A stretch of 64,000 nt of DNA. Source: the human T2T-CHM13v2.0 reference genome, Homo sapiens. Shown in pieces: positions 30,198 to 45,716 of this stretch. The notes under the pieces were generated by a model. The model was not told where the DNA came from. It saw only the letters and a list, made by a program, of their open reading frames with translations, and made no database searches. Within the stretch, counting starts at the first letter, position 1, and the number at the start of each line of letters is the position of its first letter. Position numbers and translations under genes: made by a program. Location of the stretch: NCBI RefSeq assembly GCF_009914755.1, contig NC_060945.1, one strand, 5' to 3'.

Positions 30198-31179
30198 CCC
30201 CATCATACACTTTCCTTTGAGGTAGGGGAGGAGTACGGGGAACCTTAGTGGCCAGGTGGGTGCTACCTTTTTGTTGTGGATGCTCCTTCTCCAGGATGGC
30301 GATGTAGGTCCACAAGGTGGATGGGGTCCTGAGTGAGGACCGCCTCAGAGAGACAGCCAGGGCTTGTGGTCGGTGACTAGACCGACCAGTGTTCAGAGAG
30401 TGAGACAGCAGCATTCCCGCATATGGCTGGGCTGGGAAAGCTGGGAGACTGTGTGCTCTGTCGTGGATATGATGAGCGGTTATGCGGGCTCTGCTTCTTG
30501 CCACCTACTTGCAGGTTGAAGGATGTGCCTATTCCACATCGCTGATGGGGCATCCGAGCTTTCCCTGGAGGTGGGCAGCTCTTTCGGGGTTGGTACCCAT
30601 CAGGTGCTGTGGCCAGAACTCAGATTCGGAGTCTAAATTCATACTCACACTCTATACACCTGGATTGAGATCACAGTATTATTATTTTCACAATCGAACT
30701 GAGCAAAGATACGGCAGCCACTGAAGACTCACTGTGAGGTGCGTCTAAGGGAGAAACCATGGGCTGTTGCCGAAGATCTGGGAGAAAAAGTGTGGAAAAG
30801 GCAAAACCGCGCCTGGGAGCTCCTGCAGGAGGCGCCCCGGGACACTAGGACGCTGCCTCTCCAGCGGGGGTTTGCAGTTTTCATGGTCCTGTGTGGCGTG
30901 TCCTGCCTGGTTTGCATTTCAGAGAGAAAGAAGGAGAATGAAATAGGTTTGGTTCACAGCCAATTTCAGGCTCACCGTGTCTTCAGACATTATGAGGCTG
31001 AGGTTCCGGGGTCCGGCTGCACTTTGGATTACAAAGGAGGGGCGTTGTGGGAATGGACAGGAAGGGAGTGGGTCTCCTCCGGTGGAGTTACAGCAAAGAA
31101 CGGGGGACTTTGGGGCAGGCACGTGCTTTGGTTCCAGGATGCACTATTGTTATTACCTACTATCTTTTAATATCACCTT

Positions 31180-31332
31180 CTAGTTCACACGATCTCATTA
31201 ACCATCAGAACAGTCCAGGGAGGTAAGTCGGACCATTCCCGTTTTATAGATAGGACCCCAGATTGGTCAAGTGGCTTGTCCTCGATCACATAGCCACAAA
31301 GTGGGAGGGCTGAGGCTCAAAACAGGTGTCTG
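31180..31332 (-). mobile_element. MIR
   Basis: attcccgttttatagatagga...aagtggcttgtcc..gatcacatagcc. Confidence 0.7.
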
Positions 31333-33111
31333 TGAGCTTCACAGGCGGTAAGGCCGTGTCTACATGGCCGGGACATGCATCCCGGGGCTGCCCCTGCCGT
31401 GCTGCCCGAGTGCACGGGGGATGAGGACCTGACAAGGCCATTGATCTTGCGGGAGCTTCCTGAACTACTCCAGCGTGAAAATCTTCCAGAAGGATTCTCC
31501 ACAGGGCAATGAGGCAAGAAATTTACAGCTTAGCCTGATTAATGGGCCAGGCAGTTAAGAGTTCTTTGCCAAGCTATGAGCATAATTTATAGTCATCACG
31601 GCAGGAGGAAAGGCCACATAACTCACATCCTTAAAGGGCCCTTAGAACAAGAGACACGCCGGATCATTGAAAACGTCTCCACTCCTGGCGCCAAAAGAGA
31701 TCGGCACGTTTCTGGGTATTCTGGTCAAAGAACAGGGAGTCTGGATTAATATACACGGCAGAAAAAAGCGAAGAAAAGACACACAGGTCATATATTTCTG
31801 ACTGATATTCCGTTTGTTGTTTTCGGAGGGACTTGGTATTTATTTAACCACATTCTCACTTGACACGCCCCCTCCCCACACCTTGTAAATGCCTTCCTCT
31901 TTAGCCGAGTCATTTTTCATCACATAGAATTGAAATGTTGCCAGGAAGGCGGTTTATGAGATTGTAGAAATGGCACTAGAGAAAGCAGTGTGAAAAGAGG
32001 CCTAGAACGTAAAAGTAGAAGATGCAGTTTGATTCCTGGCCCTTTTGCCGTGGGCTGCCATGGGACCATATCAAGGTACAATTGCCATGGGAAAATGATT
32101 TTAGGAACTTCCCCTGATCTCTCTGGACCTGTTTCCTCCTCTGTAAAAGAAAGAGTTTGGACAAATTGTCCTCTCTGGTTTGAAAGTTGTGTGAATTCCT
32201 TGCAATCTGACAACCACAATCTTATCATTACTCAGCATCTGGAAGTAATACTTCCCTCTGAAACCCCCAGAGCATTCTTTCTATATGTTAAAAAATGATA
32301 TTTATCACTTTGTATCTCAAGTTCTAGTTATTTATGAGCATTTATTTTTTTCTTATTCCTCCCCAAATGGACTATGAGTGCTTTTGGCAGGCTGTCTTTT
32401 TCATCCTTGAATTCCCCAAGCCCCAGCACAGTATCTGGCCTGTGGGTGTCACCTAATAAAACTCTGAGTGTGAAGGACAAGCAAATGAATGAGTAGAGAT
32501 GGTCTCTGCTCACTCTGTCCTTAGGTGGTATGGCTTGATTTAGAGTTTTTCTTACAAAGCATACATTCTTTCTGTTTGATGTAATTTATGTGTTTCAAAA
32601 TGAGGAGTCAGAAATAGATTTCATTTTTGCAAGATACTATTATTTTAGGAGAATCGTATGAAAATCTTCCCCTGTGGTGTCTCTTTTCCCCACATCAGAC
32701 TTTGAATCAAAGCAACATGCTTTTCAAGGATTCTGCAAGATACAGCTCCACAATTTCCATCTCGGTGGCTTTCTTCTTCCTGCTGATTATTCAAAAACAA
32801 TCCACCCTCTTACTGTGGAGAGAATATGCCCACTGATGTTGGGCCTGAACAGGTGGGCTGGCTTAGGCCCATGCAATGGTAGCAAATGGCACGCAAGCAG
32901 AGGCCTTAGATGTACTAGTGTGGTTTTCCTTGCCTCTTGTGTGTCTGCCTTTTATCCTGAAAAGAACTTAGAGAAGAGACCAGAACCCAAAATGCTGCCT
33001 AGATCAGCCCAGCACAGTTGACCTGCAACACGGTGATAAAACTGTCATGAGATACTGGGTGTTGGGACTGTCTGTCATGCAGCATTATTGCAGCAAGAAT
33101 TGACCAATACA

Positions 33112-33786
33112 GTTACCAGCAGCAGCTGGTACCAGGGTCTGCAGCAACCTCAATTCTGGCTTCCTCAGAAGACAGAGTTCTACTGAGGGTCATAAGACAG
33201 AGGGAGAGACCAAGGCAAGTTTTAGAGCAGGAGTGAAAGTTTATTAAGTTTAGAGTGGAATGAAAGGAAGGAAAGTACACTTGGAAGAGGGCCAAGCGGG
33301 CAACTTGTGAGATCATCTGCCCTGTTTAACCATTGACTGGGGGTTTTATATGCTGGCATGCTTCTGGGGTCTTGTATCTCTTCTCCCCGATTCTTCCCTT
33401 GGGGTGGGCTGTCCGCATGCACAGTGGCCTGCCAGCACTTGGGAGGGGCCGCGTGTGCAGTGTGTTTACTGGAGTTGCACGCATGCTCACTTGAGGCATT
33501 CTTCCCTTACTAGTTGGGTGTTCCTAGAAGGTCACCTACCAGTTAAACTCTGCTATTTTGCCTCTTAGTGCACATGCCTGAGCCCACTCACCAACTCCTG
33601 ATCACCAGTTTCAGTTTTTTTTCTATCTACTGAAAGACTGCCTTTCCCGGCCCTGGCTGTGACCAATGGTTATTTGAGAGAGACAGTTACCAGCCGCCTG
33701 ACCATCACCTAGTGGTCACCTGACATTCCTGGTGGGGGGGACCCTCTCCTGCCCCGCTCATGTCTGACTAGCTAACAACTGCAACG
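33112..33786 (-). mobile_element. MER50 ERV1 solo LTR
   Basis: ggtctgcagcaacctcaattc...gagtgaaagtttattaag...cctgacattcctgg...ctcatgtctg. Confidence 0.85.
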
Positions 33787-33908
33787 ATACTTCTGATTTC
33801 ATTTCATCTTTGCATGTGTTTACTTTCCCCACCAATTCTTTATCTCATTTTCTTTGTGCCTTTTGAGATAGAGACAGATGCACTGCTTGGCTTGGACATC
33901 TATTTTTT

Positions 33909-34636
<728 letters not shown>

Positions 34637-35674
34637 GGACATGTATTTTTTTATAGCGACAGTTCCATCAAGCAGCTTCTGCAGACACAAGCCCGCAGCT
34701 GGAGAACTGAGTTTGGCATCTCTCATTCTCTACGGTCATGTCTGCACTTAGTTTGTTGTTCTTTATACTTTAAAATAATTTGAAACATAACCTCTGGAAA
34801 TGTTACATAATTTACCAACGTCTCTTTAAAAATCGACACTTCCGTCATACATCACATTTTATGGAATCAGAAGTTCCAGATGGCTCTTCCTTGCTGAAAC
34901 AATGGCTAAAATAAACCCTTTCATATAGGATTAAGAAATTTGAAAATTAAAGTAGATCTAAAGTAAAGGCATTTGTTTTTTTAAAAATGAGATGAAATTC
35001 ACATAACATAAAATTAACCCTTTTAAAGAAGGGCATTAGTAGTCTTCATCTATTCTAGTAGGTAGTAAGCTACTTCTTTCATTTTAAGTTTTATGACAAA
35101 CCATAATTCAGGTAGGCCAGAGTCAGAGGAGGGAGGGAAAGGGGAGAAGAAGCCCAGAGCAGCTGGAGAAAAAGCAGAGAAGGTGGGAGGACTGAGAGGG
35201 GAGAAAGCTGGGGGAGAAAGCTGGGGAAGAAAGAAGCTCCAAACGATGAGCCTGTGGCTGCCTTCTGCTCACTGCCCTGTGTGTTGGGGGGGTGGGGGCA
35301 TCTAAAGCAGACCCCATGCTCTGTGTGTTCTGGGGGTGCACTAATGCTCCCCCAAAACCATTAGTTAAAGCAGGAATCGGATAGCCATATTCCCAGCTGC
35401 ATATCATTTTGGAACTGGTGGAGGAAAAATGGAACTAACGACGTGGTTTTTAAGGCAGGAGGTTAAGACGTTGAAAGTCCTTGGCTTGGACAAAGTCTAA
35501 AACTTATCTCTTTGCTCAGGCTTGAGGCAGGATGGCTCCTCATCGCCCCCCTCCCACAGCACGCACACCCTCCGGAGATGGGATGGGCCACCCTTGTCCG
35601 TCCCCGCAGGCCAGTCCCCTGCTGTCTGCTGCTTGGATCTGACCCCTGCATAAATACGCAAGCATGTGTCCCTG

Positions 35675-36010
35675 CTGTGGTCCGGGGGTCCCTGTGGGGG
35701 GGTCCCTGAGACTCTTCCGGGAGTCATGCAAGGTCAAAACGATTTTTCATAGTAATCCTAACGCGGTATTAGCTGTTTTCACTCTCTTGCATGTAACGTG
35801 GAGATTTCCAGTGGCCCCATGACATGCGAGGGGGAAACAGATTGAAGGCAGACGCAGACCTGGGATCCAGCTGGCTCCTGTTCAGCCAGACACGAGTTTG
35901 CAAACATTTAAAACAATGCCATTCTTGCACATTTTTTTCTTTCAGAAAATATATTTACATTTCATAAAAATGTTATTCATATGAACCTGTAATGGCTTTT
36001 ATATTTTAAA
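35675..36010 (+). mobile_element. MER119/Charlie-like hAT fragment
   Basis: aggtcaaaacgatttttcatagtaat...aacagattgaaggcaga...aaaacaatgcca. Confidence 0.7.
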
Positions 36011-36739
36011 AATGTCTCTGTTGTAACATGGTAAAGAGTGATTGCTGTGCCCCACATTCACAAAAGCTCGCTGGAGTCTTTCCAGGACTCTTAAGACCAA
36101 GAAGCCCGAGGACTGTTCGGGAGCAGCCGGCAGTGTTTCTGCAGTTTCCTGCTACACATCCCACGTGAAGCCTTGTGCAAATAAAAAGATTGCAGGAGGG
36201 CCCCCTGGGCGGTGTGCAGGCTCTGCTCTGGGCGAAGGCCTGAGGGGCTTGCGCTGCCGCTTTGGCTCTCGGTGCCGCGCCTTCCCAGTGCTGGGCCTTG
36301 CAGGCCGCCTGCCTGGGACCACCCCCTACCCTCACAAGGCCTGGTGCCTTCAGGCTGCCAGCCCCAGCAGCACCCTGAGGCCCACCAAGTGGGCATTTGC
36401 ACTGAGAGGCTGAACATACAAATGGACAATGGTGAGACAGGCTGCATAAAAATAAACTCTGACCACAACCTCTGCAGTGACCTGCTGGGTAGCCAGTCCG
36501 CGAGCTCTGCAGCTGTTGGCCCCAAATGGCCAGGACTTGGTCATCGATGGCCAGCTTCTGAAGTTTTGCCAGTGCTTCCAACTCAGGAGCACCTAGTAAA
36601 AGGCAATGACTCACTGTAACCCTTCCCAGAGGATGCCCTGCTGCGGCCAGCTTCCCTGCAGGACAGCCAACTGTGGCCTCCCCTTGGTCACTCCGCCTGT
36701 CCACACCTGACTTGGCTTTGAGTCTCTGCCACAGGCAAC

Positions 36740-37140
36740 TGTAATGGGTAGCACTGTGTCCCCCAGAAATTCATATGTTGAAGTCCTAACTAACCCCCTG
36801 TGACACAGAATGTGACCTTACTTGGAAATAGCGTGGTTGCAGATGTAGTTAGTTAAGATGAGGTCCCATATAACTAGTGTCCTTATAAAAATGGGAAATT
36901 TGGACCCAGGGACACACACAGGGAAAACACCATAAGAGGATGAAGGCAGAGCAGGGCTGATGCTTCTATAAGTCAAGGGGGACAAAGACTGCCAGCATGC
37001 AGCAGAGCCGGGGACAGGCCGGGGGGAGATGCTTCCCAGTGCCATCAGTGGCAGCTGGCAGACCTTAATCTTGAACTTCCAGCCTCCGGCACGTTTGTGC
37101 AGGCCACCAAGTCTGCAGTACTTTGTCACGACAGCTCTGG
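36740..37140 (+). mobile_element. MLT1 MaLR LTR
   Basis: aaattcatatgttgaagtcctaac...cagaatgtgaccttacttggaaatag...ctttgtcacgacagc. Confidence 0.85.
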
Positions 37141-38151
37141 TCAGCGGCAGTGGCTGACATCCTGGCTGCAGCAGGCTTGTCCTCATCTGGGTGGGCTTCA
37201 TCTATCTCTGCAGCCCCCACACCCCTGCTGCGGGAAGTACAGGCCTTGAGGTGCAGTTCGCAGGACCCCAGGCTTTGAGTCAGTTTTGGAGAGGGCAAGG
37301 CTGATGGAAGCCTTTTTGTGGGCTGCAGGTGTTCAGTCTTAGAGACATGGCCTGAAGGATCTCCTGACATGGTCCAGGGAGGCCTCCGTGCCGTCTGCCT
37401 TCATCTCTGTGTCACCCAGACCCCCCTCGAGGCGGCCTGGGCCTGGGCTGCAAACCACTGAGCAGGTCTCAGCCTCAACCCCAGAAGCTCACAAGTGGGA
37501 GGGAGCCCTGGAAGCCCGTGGTGGTGTTTTGATTCCCGTGGTGTAAAGAGCCTGGGGTTGGCTCAGAGGTCTTTATTTGGCCTTGCGTGTGCATGGGGAA
37601 CCAGCGCCTCACTCCTCCCATGGCAGGCCGAGGCCGACTGGAAAGGAGTTATTTTGAGATCAGCACAGCCTGTACAGATAACAGTAATAGTATTTCACTG
37701 CTAAAGTTGTGTGAGAAATGTTGGGTTGGGGGAGAAGAATGGAGATGAGTTTAAAAATAGAAGGCTGTAATTAGCCAAGCACGGATTTGTTCTAGAAGGC
37801 ATCAATTACTACGGCAACCACACGGCCCAGATTTTCCAGGGCGGTCTCATTCCATGGGACCGGATTCTTTTCAGTAAATGTGATCGGTTCCACGTGGAAA
37901 AGTGATTTGCTGTCATGGAGGTGTCCGATGTTACACATAAATTAATTCACAAATCCAAGCCAATGCTTTGTCCTATCAGGACTCTCTTTATTTTGTTATT
38001 AAAATGCAGTCATTTTGCCTGTGGTCTTTTCCTACAGGTTAAGAACTATTCATGTAGATAAGAATTCAGGAAGGTGTGCGTTGAAAGCGGGGCCGCTGAA
38101 GGAGTGTAAGGAGGAGAGTCAGACAAACTTTTTGGTTGCAGTGCTTTCCAT

Positions 38152-38444
38152 TTTTCATTTTGGAGACAGTGTCTGCACTCCCAGGCTGGAGTACAGTGGC
38201 GTGATCATAGCTCACTGAAGCCTCCAACTCCTGGGCTCAAGGGATCCTCCCTCTTTAGCCTCCCCAAAGACTGGGACTATAGGTATGTGCCATCACTCAC
38301 AGCTAATTTTTTGATTTTTTATGGAGAAGAGGGTCTCACTGTGTTGCCCAGGCTGCTCTTGAACTTCTGAGCTGAAGAGGTCTTCCCACCTTGGCCTCCC
38401 AAAGTGCTGGAATTACAGGCATGAGCCACCACTGTGTCTGGCCA
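38152..38444 (-). mobile_element. AluJ
   Basis: Reverse dimer. Confidence 0.9.
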
Positions 38445-38459
38445 CTTTAAAAAAAAAAC

Positions 38460-38975
<516 letters not shown>

Positions 38976-39894
38976 ATTGCTTTACATTTCTAACTGGACA
39001 TACACCCAAGGGGCTGGTCACAAGTGTTTGCCACATTTGGTATAGTACATCTCACAGTATGCCACAGACGCTCCGCAGGCTACACTCACACAAGCTGTTC
39101 TGTGCATGGGTTATTATGGCTTGTGTATCCTGCGTGCCCATGAAGTGCCACACGAAGTGTGTACTGAAAGGGATGTGTGTGAATGCCTCAGAGGCCAGAG
39201 GCAGAGCTTGGAGCCAGAGAGATGGGAGCGCCTCAGGACCAGAGCTGGTGGAGTCATCCTAGCCGCGTGGGATAGGAAACCGTATTTTCTGTTTTCTGCT
39301 TTGGTTCTCAGAGAAGGCAACGGTTGTGTTGGGCCGGTAGGTGCAGGGGGAAGTATGCCAGCAGAAGTCTAGGAGTCAAGGACCCTGGAGGTGGAGGTGA
39401 ACGGAGGGACACCCACTCACTGCTGGTGAGCGGGCATCTTAGCAGTAGAAACCTACATTTTGGAGACTTGGATATTGTTGCTATTTATAGTTTCAATCAT
39501 GATTCCCCTTAGTTTTCTCCATCTTTTGCTTTATTACTTTTTTTTGCAAATGTCAGCTAATTTTAGTTATACTCAGGGGATAAGGCGATTGGAATTTTGA
39601 TGGGCATGGTAGAAATCAGAGTTAAAAACAACAACAACAGCAACAACAAGCAGAACTCCAAGGGGAAGGTGAAGCTTGGAGGTTAAATGCTGAGAGCCCT
39701 GAAGATGACTGGAGCCCCTGCTCCCATTCCGCAGCATCTCCTAGCCCTCTTCCCTGCTTAACCTTTGGAGGGTCTTGCACTTTTGTTTTAAGAGGAAGCT
39801 GTTCTGTGTTCTTCACAGCTGATTACTTGCTACCAAGGAGGTGGCATCTCCAAAAACTTGCCTTCAACACTGGTTTGTGGCTGTACAACAGTCA

Positions 39895-40090
39895 AACAGT
39901 TTCTCAAAGTGTGCTTTGTGGCCCGTCAGCACCTGAAGCCCCCAGGGGCCTGTCAATTGCAGAATTCCAGCTTCCTCTTCAGACTGACTGCATGAGTCTA
40001 AATATCTGAGTGGCTGGACCTCCAGATCTTCATTTTCAGCACACAACTACTTAATTTTTCAGCACACCAAAGTTTAAGAGCCACTGCTGC
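39895..40090. mobile_element. MER5-like MITE
   Basis: cagtttctcaaagtg...aaagtttaagagccactg. Confidence 0.6.
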
Positions 40091-40814
40091 AAAATCTCAG
40101 CAAGTTGAGCTGAACTCTGAACTCCCTCTTATCTCCACAGTCCCTAAATGGGGAGTATCATTTTCCCAGCTCCAAGGCGACATGCCTGAATTCCTTCAGC
40201 TTGAGTGGCGTGAACAATGTGGGTGCCTTTAAAAGGCTAACATGCTGCCAAAAGATAACCACAGGTGGACATGGCTCTGGATGGGACTCAAAGATGTGGG
40301 TTGTTTCCAAAGATAGCAATACCAAACCCGTGCTGATGACTCTGTGTGTCTATATGTGTGTGAAGCTGAAGAGCCTTATATAGCGAGGTGAGGCCCCAGG
40401 AAGGATTTGCGGAGTACAGTGCGTTCCGCACGCTCTTGAACGTGCGTGTTCTCAGAACTCTGATATGTGTGTCTCGGCAGCTGATCTGTAAGGAGGTCAC
40501 CACGTGTCCACATCTATCTTTGCAGACTGCCCCATCCAGCTTAGTGAACAGCTGATAAATGCCTGTAGCAAGCAGAGCGAGGCAGCTGAGCCAGAACTTT
40601 TACAAATGGGAGCAAACATCTGCCGTGGTTGCTCGTGGTAGAGGGGCTGTTATTAGTGTTATTACAGTTGGGGATGGATAAACTGCGGAGCCTCAGATGG
40701 TTCTGTGGAGATGGACCAACAATGGCACCACAGGTAAGAAGAGGAAAGGCACACCCGGCAGCCACTCCCTCTTGTTCAAATGTTGTTCTCTTGGTTGTTT
40801 GTTGATTCTCCCAT

Positions 40815-41483
40815 TGTATTAGTTCATTCTCACACTGCTATAAGGACATACCTGAGACTGGGTAATTTACAATGGAAAGAGATTTGATTGACTCACAGTT
40901 CCACAGGGCTGAGGAGGCCTCAGGAAACTTGCAATCATGGTGGAAGGAGAAGCATATGCATCCTTCTTCACATGGCAGCAGCAAGGAGAAGCACAGAGCA
41001 AAAGGGGGAGAAGCTCCTTATAAAACCATCAGATCTCATGAGAAACGCACTATCGCGAGAACAGGATGGGGGAAACTCCCCCCATGATTCAATTATCTCC
41101 ACCTGGTCCCTCCCATGACACATGGGGATTATAGGGACTACAATTCAAGGTGAGATGTGGGGACAGGCACGGTGGCTCACTCGTGTAATCCCAGCACTTT
41201 GGGAGGCTGAGGAGGGCAGATCACTTGAGGTCAGAAGTTTGAGACCAGCCTGGCCAACATGGTGAAACCCCATCTGTACTAAATCCCATTAGTATATAAA
41301 TTAGTCTGGCATAAAATATAAAAATTAGTCTGGCATGGTGGCAGGCGCCTGTAGTCCCAGCTACTCGGGAGGCTGAAGCAGGAGATCACTTCAACCCAGT
41401 AGGTGGAGGTTGCAGTGAGCCGAGATCACGCCACTGCACTCCAGCCTGGGAGACAGAGCAAGACTCCCTCTCAAAAAAAAAAA

Positions 41484-41522
<39 letters not shown>

Positions 41523-41576
41523 AGAAGAAAGAAAGAAAAAAAGAGATTTGGGTGGGGACACAGCCAAACCATACCA
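40815..41576 (-). mobile_element. THE1D-like MaLR LTR interrupted by an Alu
   Basis: tgtattagttcattctcacactgct...gggtggggacacagccaaaccatac. Confidence 0.9.
41161..41542 (+). mobile_element. AluS with long A/(GAAAA)n/(GAAA)n tail
   Basis: Full dimer; flanks gagatgtgg / gagatttgg. Confidence 0.93.
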
Positions 41577-42317
41577 CCCATCAAAGCAGGGCACTCTCTT
41601 CCCTCACCTGCTTTACTTTTCCTCAAAGCACCCACCATCCCCTCTGGCATAAACGCCTGGATTTATTCCCAGTCCCCTTCCTGGAACATGAACCCTAGGG
41701 GAGGCTTCCGGGATGTTCTGCTCACACATGGGAGGAGCTCAAAGAGCCTTTGTTGATTGAATCGATGATAGACAAGCTATCTCAGAGGAAGATTTGAAGT
41801 GACTGGGAGCTCCTTCTCAACCCTCTCCCTGAGACCTGCTCACAGAGCATGAAGTCTAAATTCTGGCTCTGAATGAGTCTGAGCAACGCCTGAGTGCCCA
41901 GCAACCTCAGCTAAGCACAGCAAGTTTCGGTTTGTGGCTTCCTCCCTGTGCCGAGCAGATCCCATCCTTGGGGAGTCCCCAGCCGGTCTCCACAGTGTCC
42001 AGACACCACGGTTCTCATGAGGCTCTACCCTCCCTGACTTCCACTCATCCAAGGGCCTCCAAGTCTTCAAGGCCAGCTCAGGCCCAGCCCTCCAAGAAAC
42101 AGTTTCTTCTGATGACACCAACCCATCCTGATGTTTCCTGATTCCCAGTTCCTATGGGCTCCAGGCCTATTGCAGTCCAGGGCTCTGCTACTGAAGCTCT
42201 GGGTCTCACCAAGTGGGAGGTATGACTGTTCATGGGATCAACAGACCCCAGAGTCCAAGGTCCAGGGCTCTTAGATTAGGTAGAATCTGGTAAGATAGTA
42301 AGATACTACCAGATACT

Positions 42318-42631
<314 letters not shown>

Positions 42632-43657
42632 CTACCCACAGTGTACCCCATGCATAATACCTAGTACACAGTAGAGTACACATTAGGTGCTCACAAATCC
42701 CTGTTGTTTAATTATTCAGGCTCCATCTCCATAGGTACCATGATCAGTTTTTTCACACATTCCTCTCTTTAGGGTCACAGTATGTGAAAGATCCCCTGAT
42801 GCATTTTTTAAACATTTTATCAAAGTAAGAGATGCATGTAGTTGAAGAACTGTGTAGAACTGAAGGGCACGGTATGGTGAGAAGTGGTGCCTCCATCCGT
42901 TCCTTACCTCCCGGAAGATGACGCCTTCCTCTTCAATCTTTTAAGGACCCTGTGAGTATATTAGGCCCACCCAGATAATCCAGGACCATCTCCCCATCTC
43001 AAAGTCCTTAACTTAATCACATCTGCAAAGTCCCTTTTATCACAGAAGGTAAAAGTCATGGGTTCCAGGGATTAGGTTTGGGACCAATTATTCGGCCAAC
43101 CACCTCCGTGTGAGCGAATGCCATTATTTCCTGATAAACCCATCCTTCACGCATCACCTGCCGATTTCCTATTACGAGAAGGATTTCACTCTTGTATCTT
43201 TACCTCACTTCCTCTCCCATCTTCTCACAATGTTATTAAGACCCTGCAACCATCCTTCCCAGCAGAGCCAGCTCATGTACTATCATTTCATGTCCTTTCT
43301 TGGAGGGGATTTTCTCCTACAGTGGAGACGCTTCTTCAATTTTCTGGCTGTCTTTATCTCTGTCCTGCAGTTTGCTCTTATCATGTTCCTGTCCTTCTCC
43401 TGGAACCCTCCCTCTGGAGTCCTCCAACTTTGTCCTCTGGGCACCTCACAGCATAGTGGTTGGGTGGGTTTCAACCATTGAGAGATAGAGACAGAGAGAG
43501 AGAACACAAACACGAGAATACTGAGTAGAGTCCTCTCACCTTTTTGACCCAGCCTTGGCAGTCACACAATGTCACTCTGGCTATACTCTTCTTCCAATTC
43601 TATTCACAGAGGCCCTGGTACGTTCAAAGGGATGGGGAAACAGACACTATCTCTTAA

Positions 43658-44125
<468 letters not shown>

Positions 44126-45167
44126 TGAATAAAACATTATTTTCAACTCCATCCCGCTTGCTTTTCACTGTCTACCCACATACCGTATACAACTTTGTCA
44201 TGAGGCTTTAAGACAACTTTTCTCTCTTGTTATCTCCACCCCTCCCATTATTTTCATTTTATATGACCTTATCTTTTTTCTTTGCTTAGTATTAGAAAAA
44301 TAGCTTTTAAAATGAAGAATAGTATTTTTTCTTCAAAGGATGCATCCAGAAACAGTTGCATTTCCTGAAAGTCCTTTATTTTTTTAACCACTTCAAAAAA
44401 TATAAGGTCTTTGGGACAGATTTTTGTGTAACCAAAAGGCTGATGTTAGGATGATGGCCAAACTGTAACCACTCCCTGTCACCCCCTTGGCTTGTTGCTC
44501 TTGTTTTAAAAATCATTCTTTTGAGAACAAATACTTTTAGGCAATCTAATTACAATATGATATGTAATATTTGAACCAGTTGACCAAAATCAACATTAAA
44601 TCCAAATCTCACATTATTTAGGCAAAAAGGAGACCTAATGCATTACATTACATGTAGATTTCAAAGTTCTTACACTATTAAAACAGTGAGAAGACAGCAA
44701 GGGTTGCCTGCAGGCCACACAGCCCCTCTGTGATGATACCTTACGAGTACCACTGAAGATGTCAAAAGCCGCTTTGAGCCTTCCTGGTGCAGGTGCTGCT
44801 TGGACATTATGAGGCTTCACTGGCTCATCTCAGCCCATGTTCACAGAGCTCACTGCTGTCTAGTGCTTGGGGAGCCTCAGCCTCATCAATGGCCTGTGTT
44901 ACGCTGCCGTGGAGGGTGTCCAAATGTGCTTTCCACTCTAGGTCACCAGGTACAGTAGTGCGTGCCAGGCACTGAGCAACTCTAGGGGCACCATTCTCAT
45001 AGGGGTCATCCTAGGTCAGTTTCCTAACAAATAGTAGAATTTATCTCTAGCAATGGGAGCCTTTTCTAGTTCATGCCAAGGTACATGCTGCCTGGAGGGA
45101 AAAGAGCACTGTTCCTGCAATCAGTTAATTGGGGCATAATCCTGCAGCTTTCGTTTGACGACCCTGT

Positions 45168-45716
45168 GTGTATTAAGTTTCCTAGGGCTGCTGTAACATA
45201 CAACAGCCTGGGAAACAACAGAAATTAATTTTCTCACAGTTCTGGAGGCTAGAAGTCTGAGATCAAGGTGTCAGCAGGGTTGGTTTTTCCCAAGGACTAT
45301 CTCCTTCGTTTGTAGATGGCTATTTTTTCCCTGGCTCCTCACATGGTCTTCCCTGCGTGTGTCTGTGTCCTAATCTCTTCTTACGACACTAGTCATATTG
45401 GATTAGGACCCACCTTTATGACCTAATTTAACCTCATTTATTTCACTCTTATTTGTTAAGAGTCAGAGTCTTGCCCTGTCACCCAGGCTGGAGTGCAGCG
45501 CCATGATCACAGCTCATTGCAGCCTTGAACTACTGGGCTCAAGTGATCCTCCTGCCTCAGCCTCCTGAGTAGCTGGGCCTACAGGTGCGCACCACCACAG
45601 CCAGCTTCATTTATCTTTTTAAAGACGCTTTATGCAAATATAGTCACATTATCAGGTACTGGGGGTTAGGACTTAAACATACGAATTTTTGGAGAACATA
45701 TTTCAGCCAATAACAC
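45168..45716 (-). mobile_element. MLT1 LTR interrupted by an Alu monomer (~45445-45605)
   Basis: tgtattaagtttcctagggctgctgtaaca...ctcacagttctggaggctagaagtc...aggtactgggggttaggactt. Confidence 0.85.

Noticed and set aside
31359-31380. Second p53-like site (ctacatggcc g ggacatgcat)
   Set aside because: 1-nt spacer and several mismatches; likely chance
36006-36704. 232-aa minus-strand ORF and overlapping ORFs
   Set aside because: GC-rich stretch with several frames open on both strands; no family resemblance or splice context
38038-38073. 36-nt micro-exon after a strong acceptor (ttttcctacag)
   Set aside because: Donor (aag|gtgtgc) is weak and there is no other support
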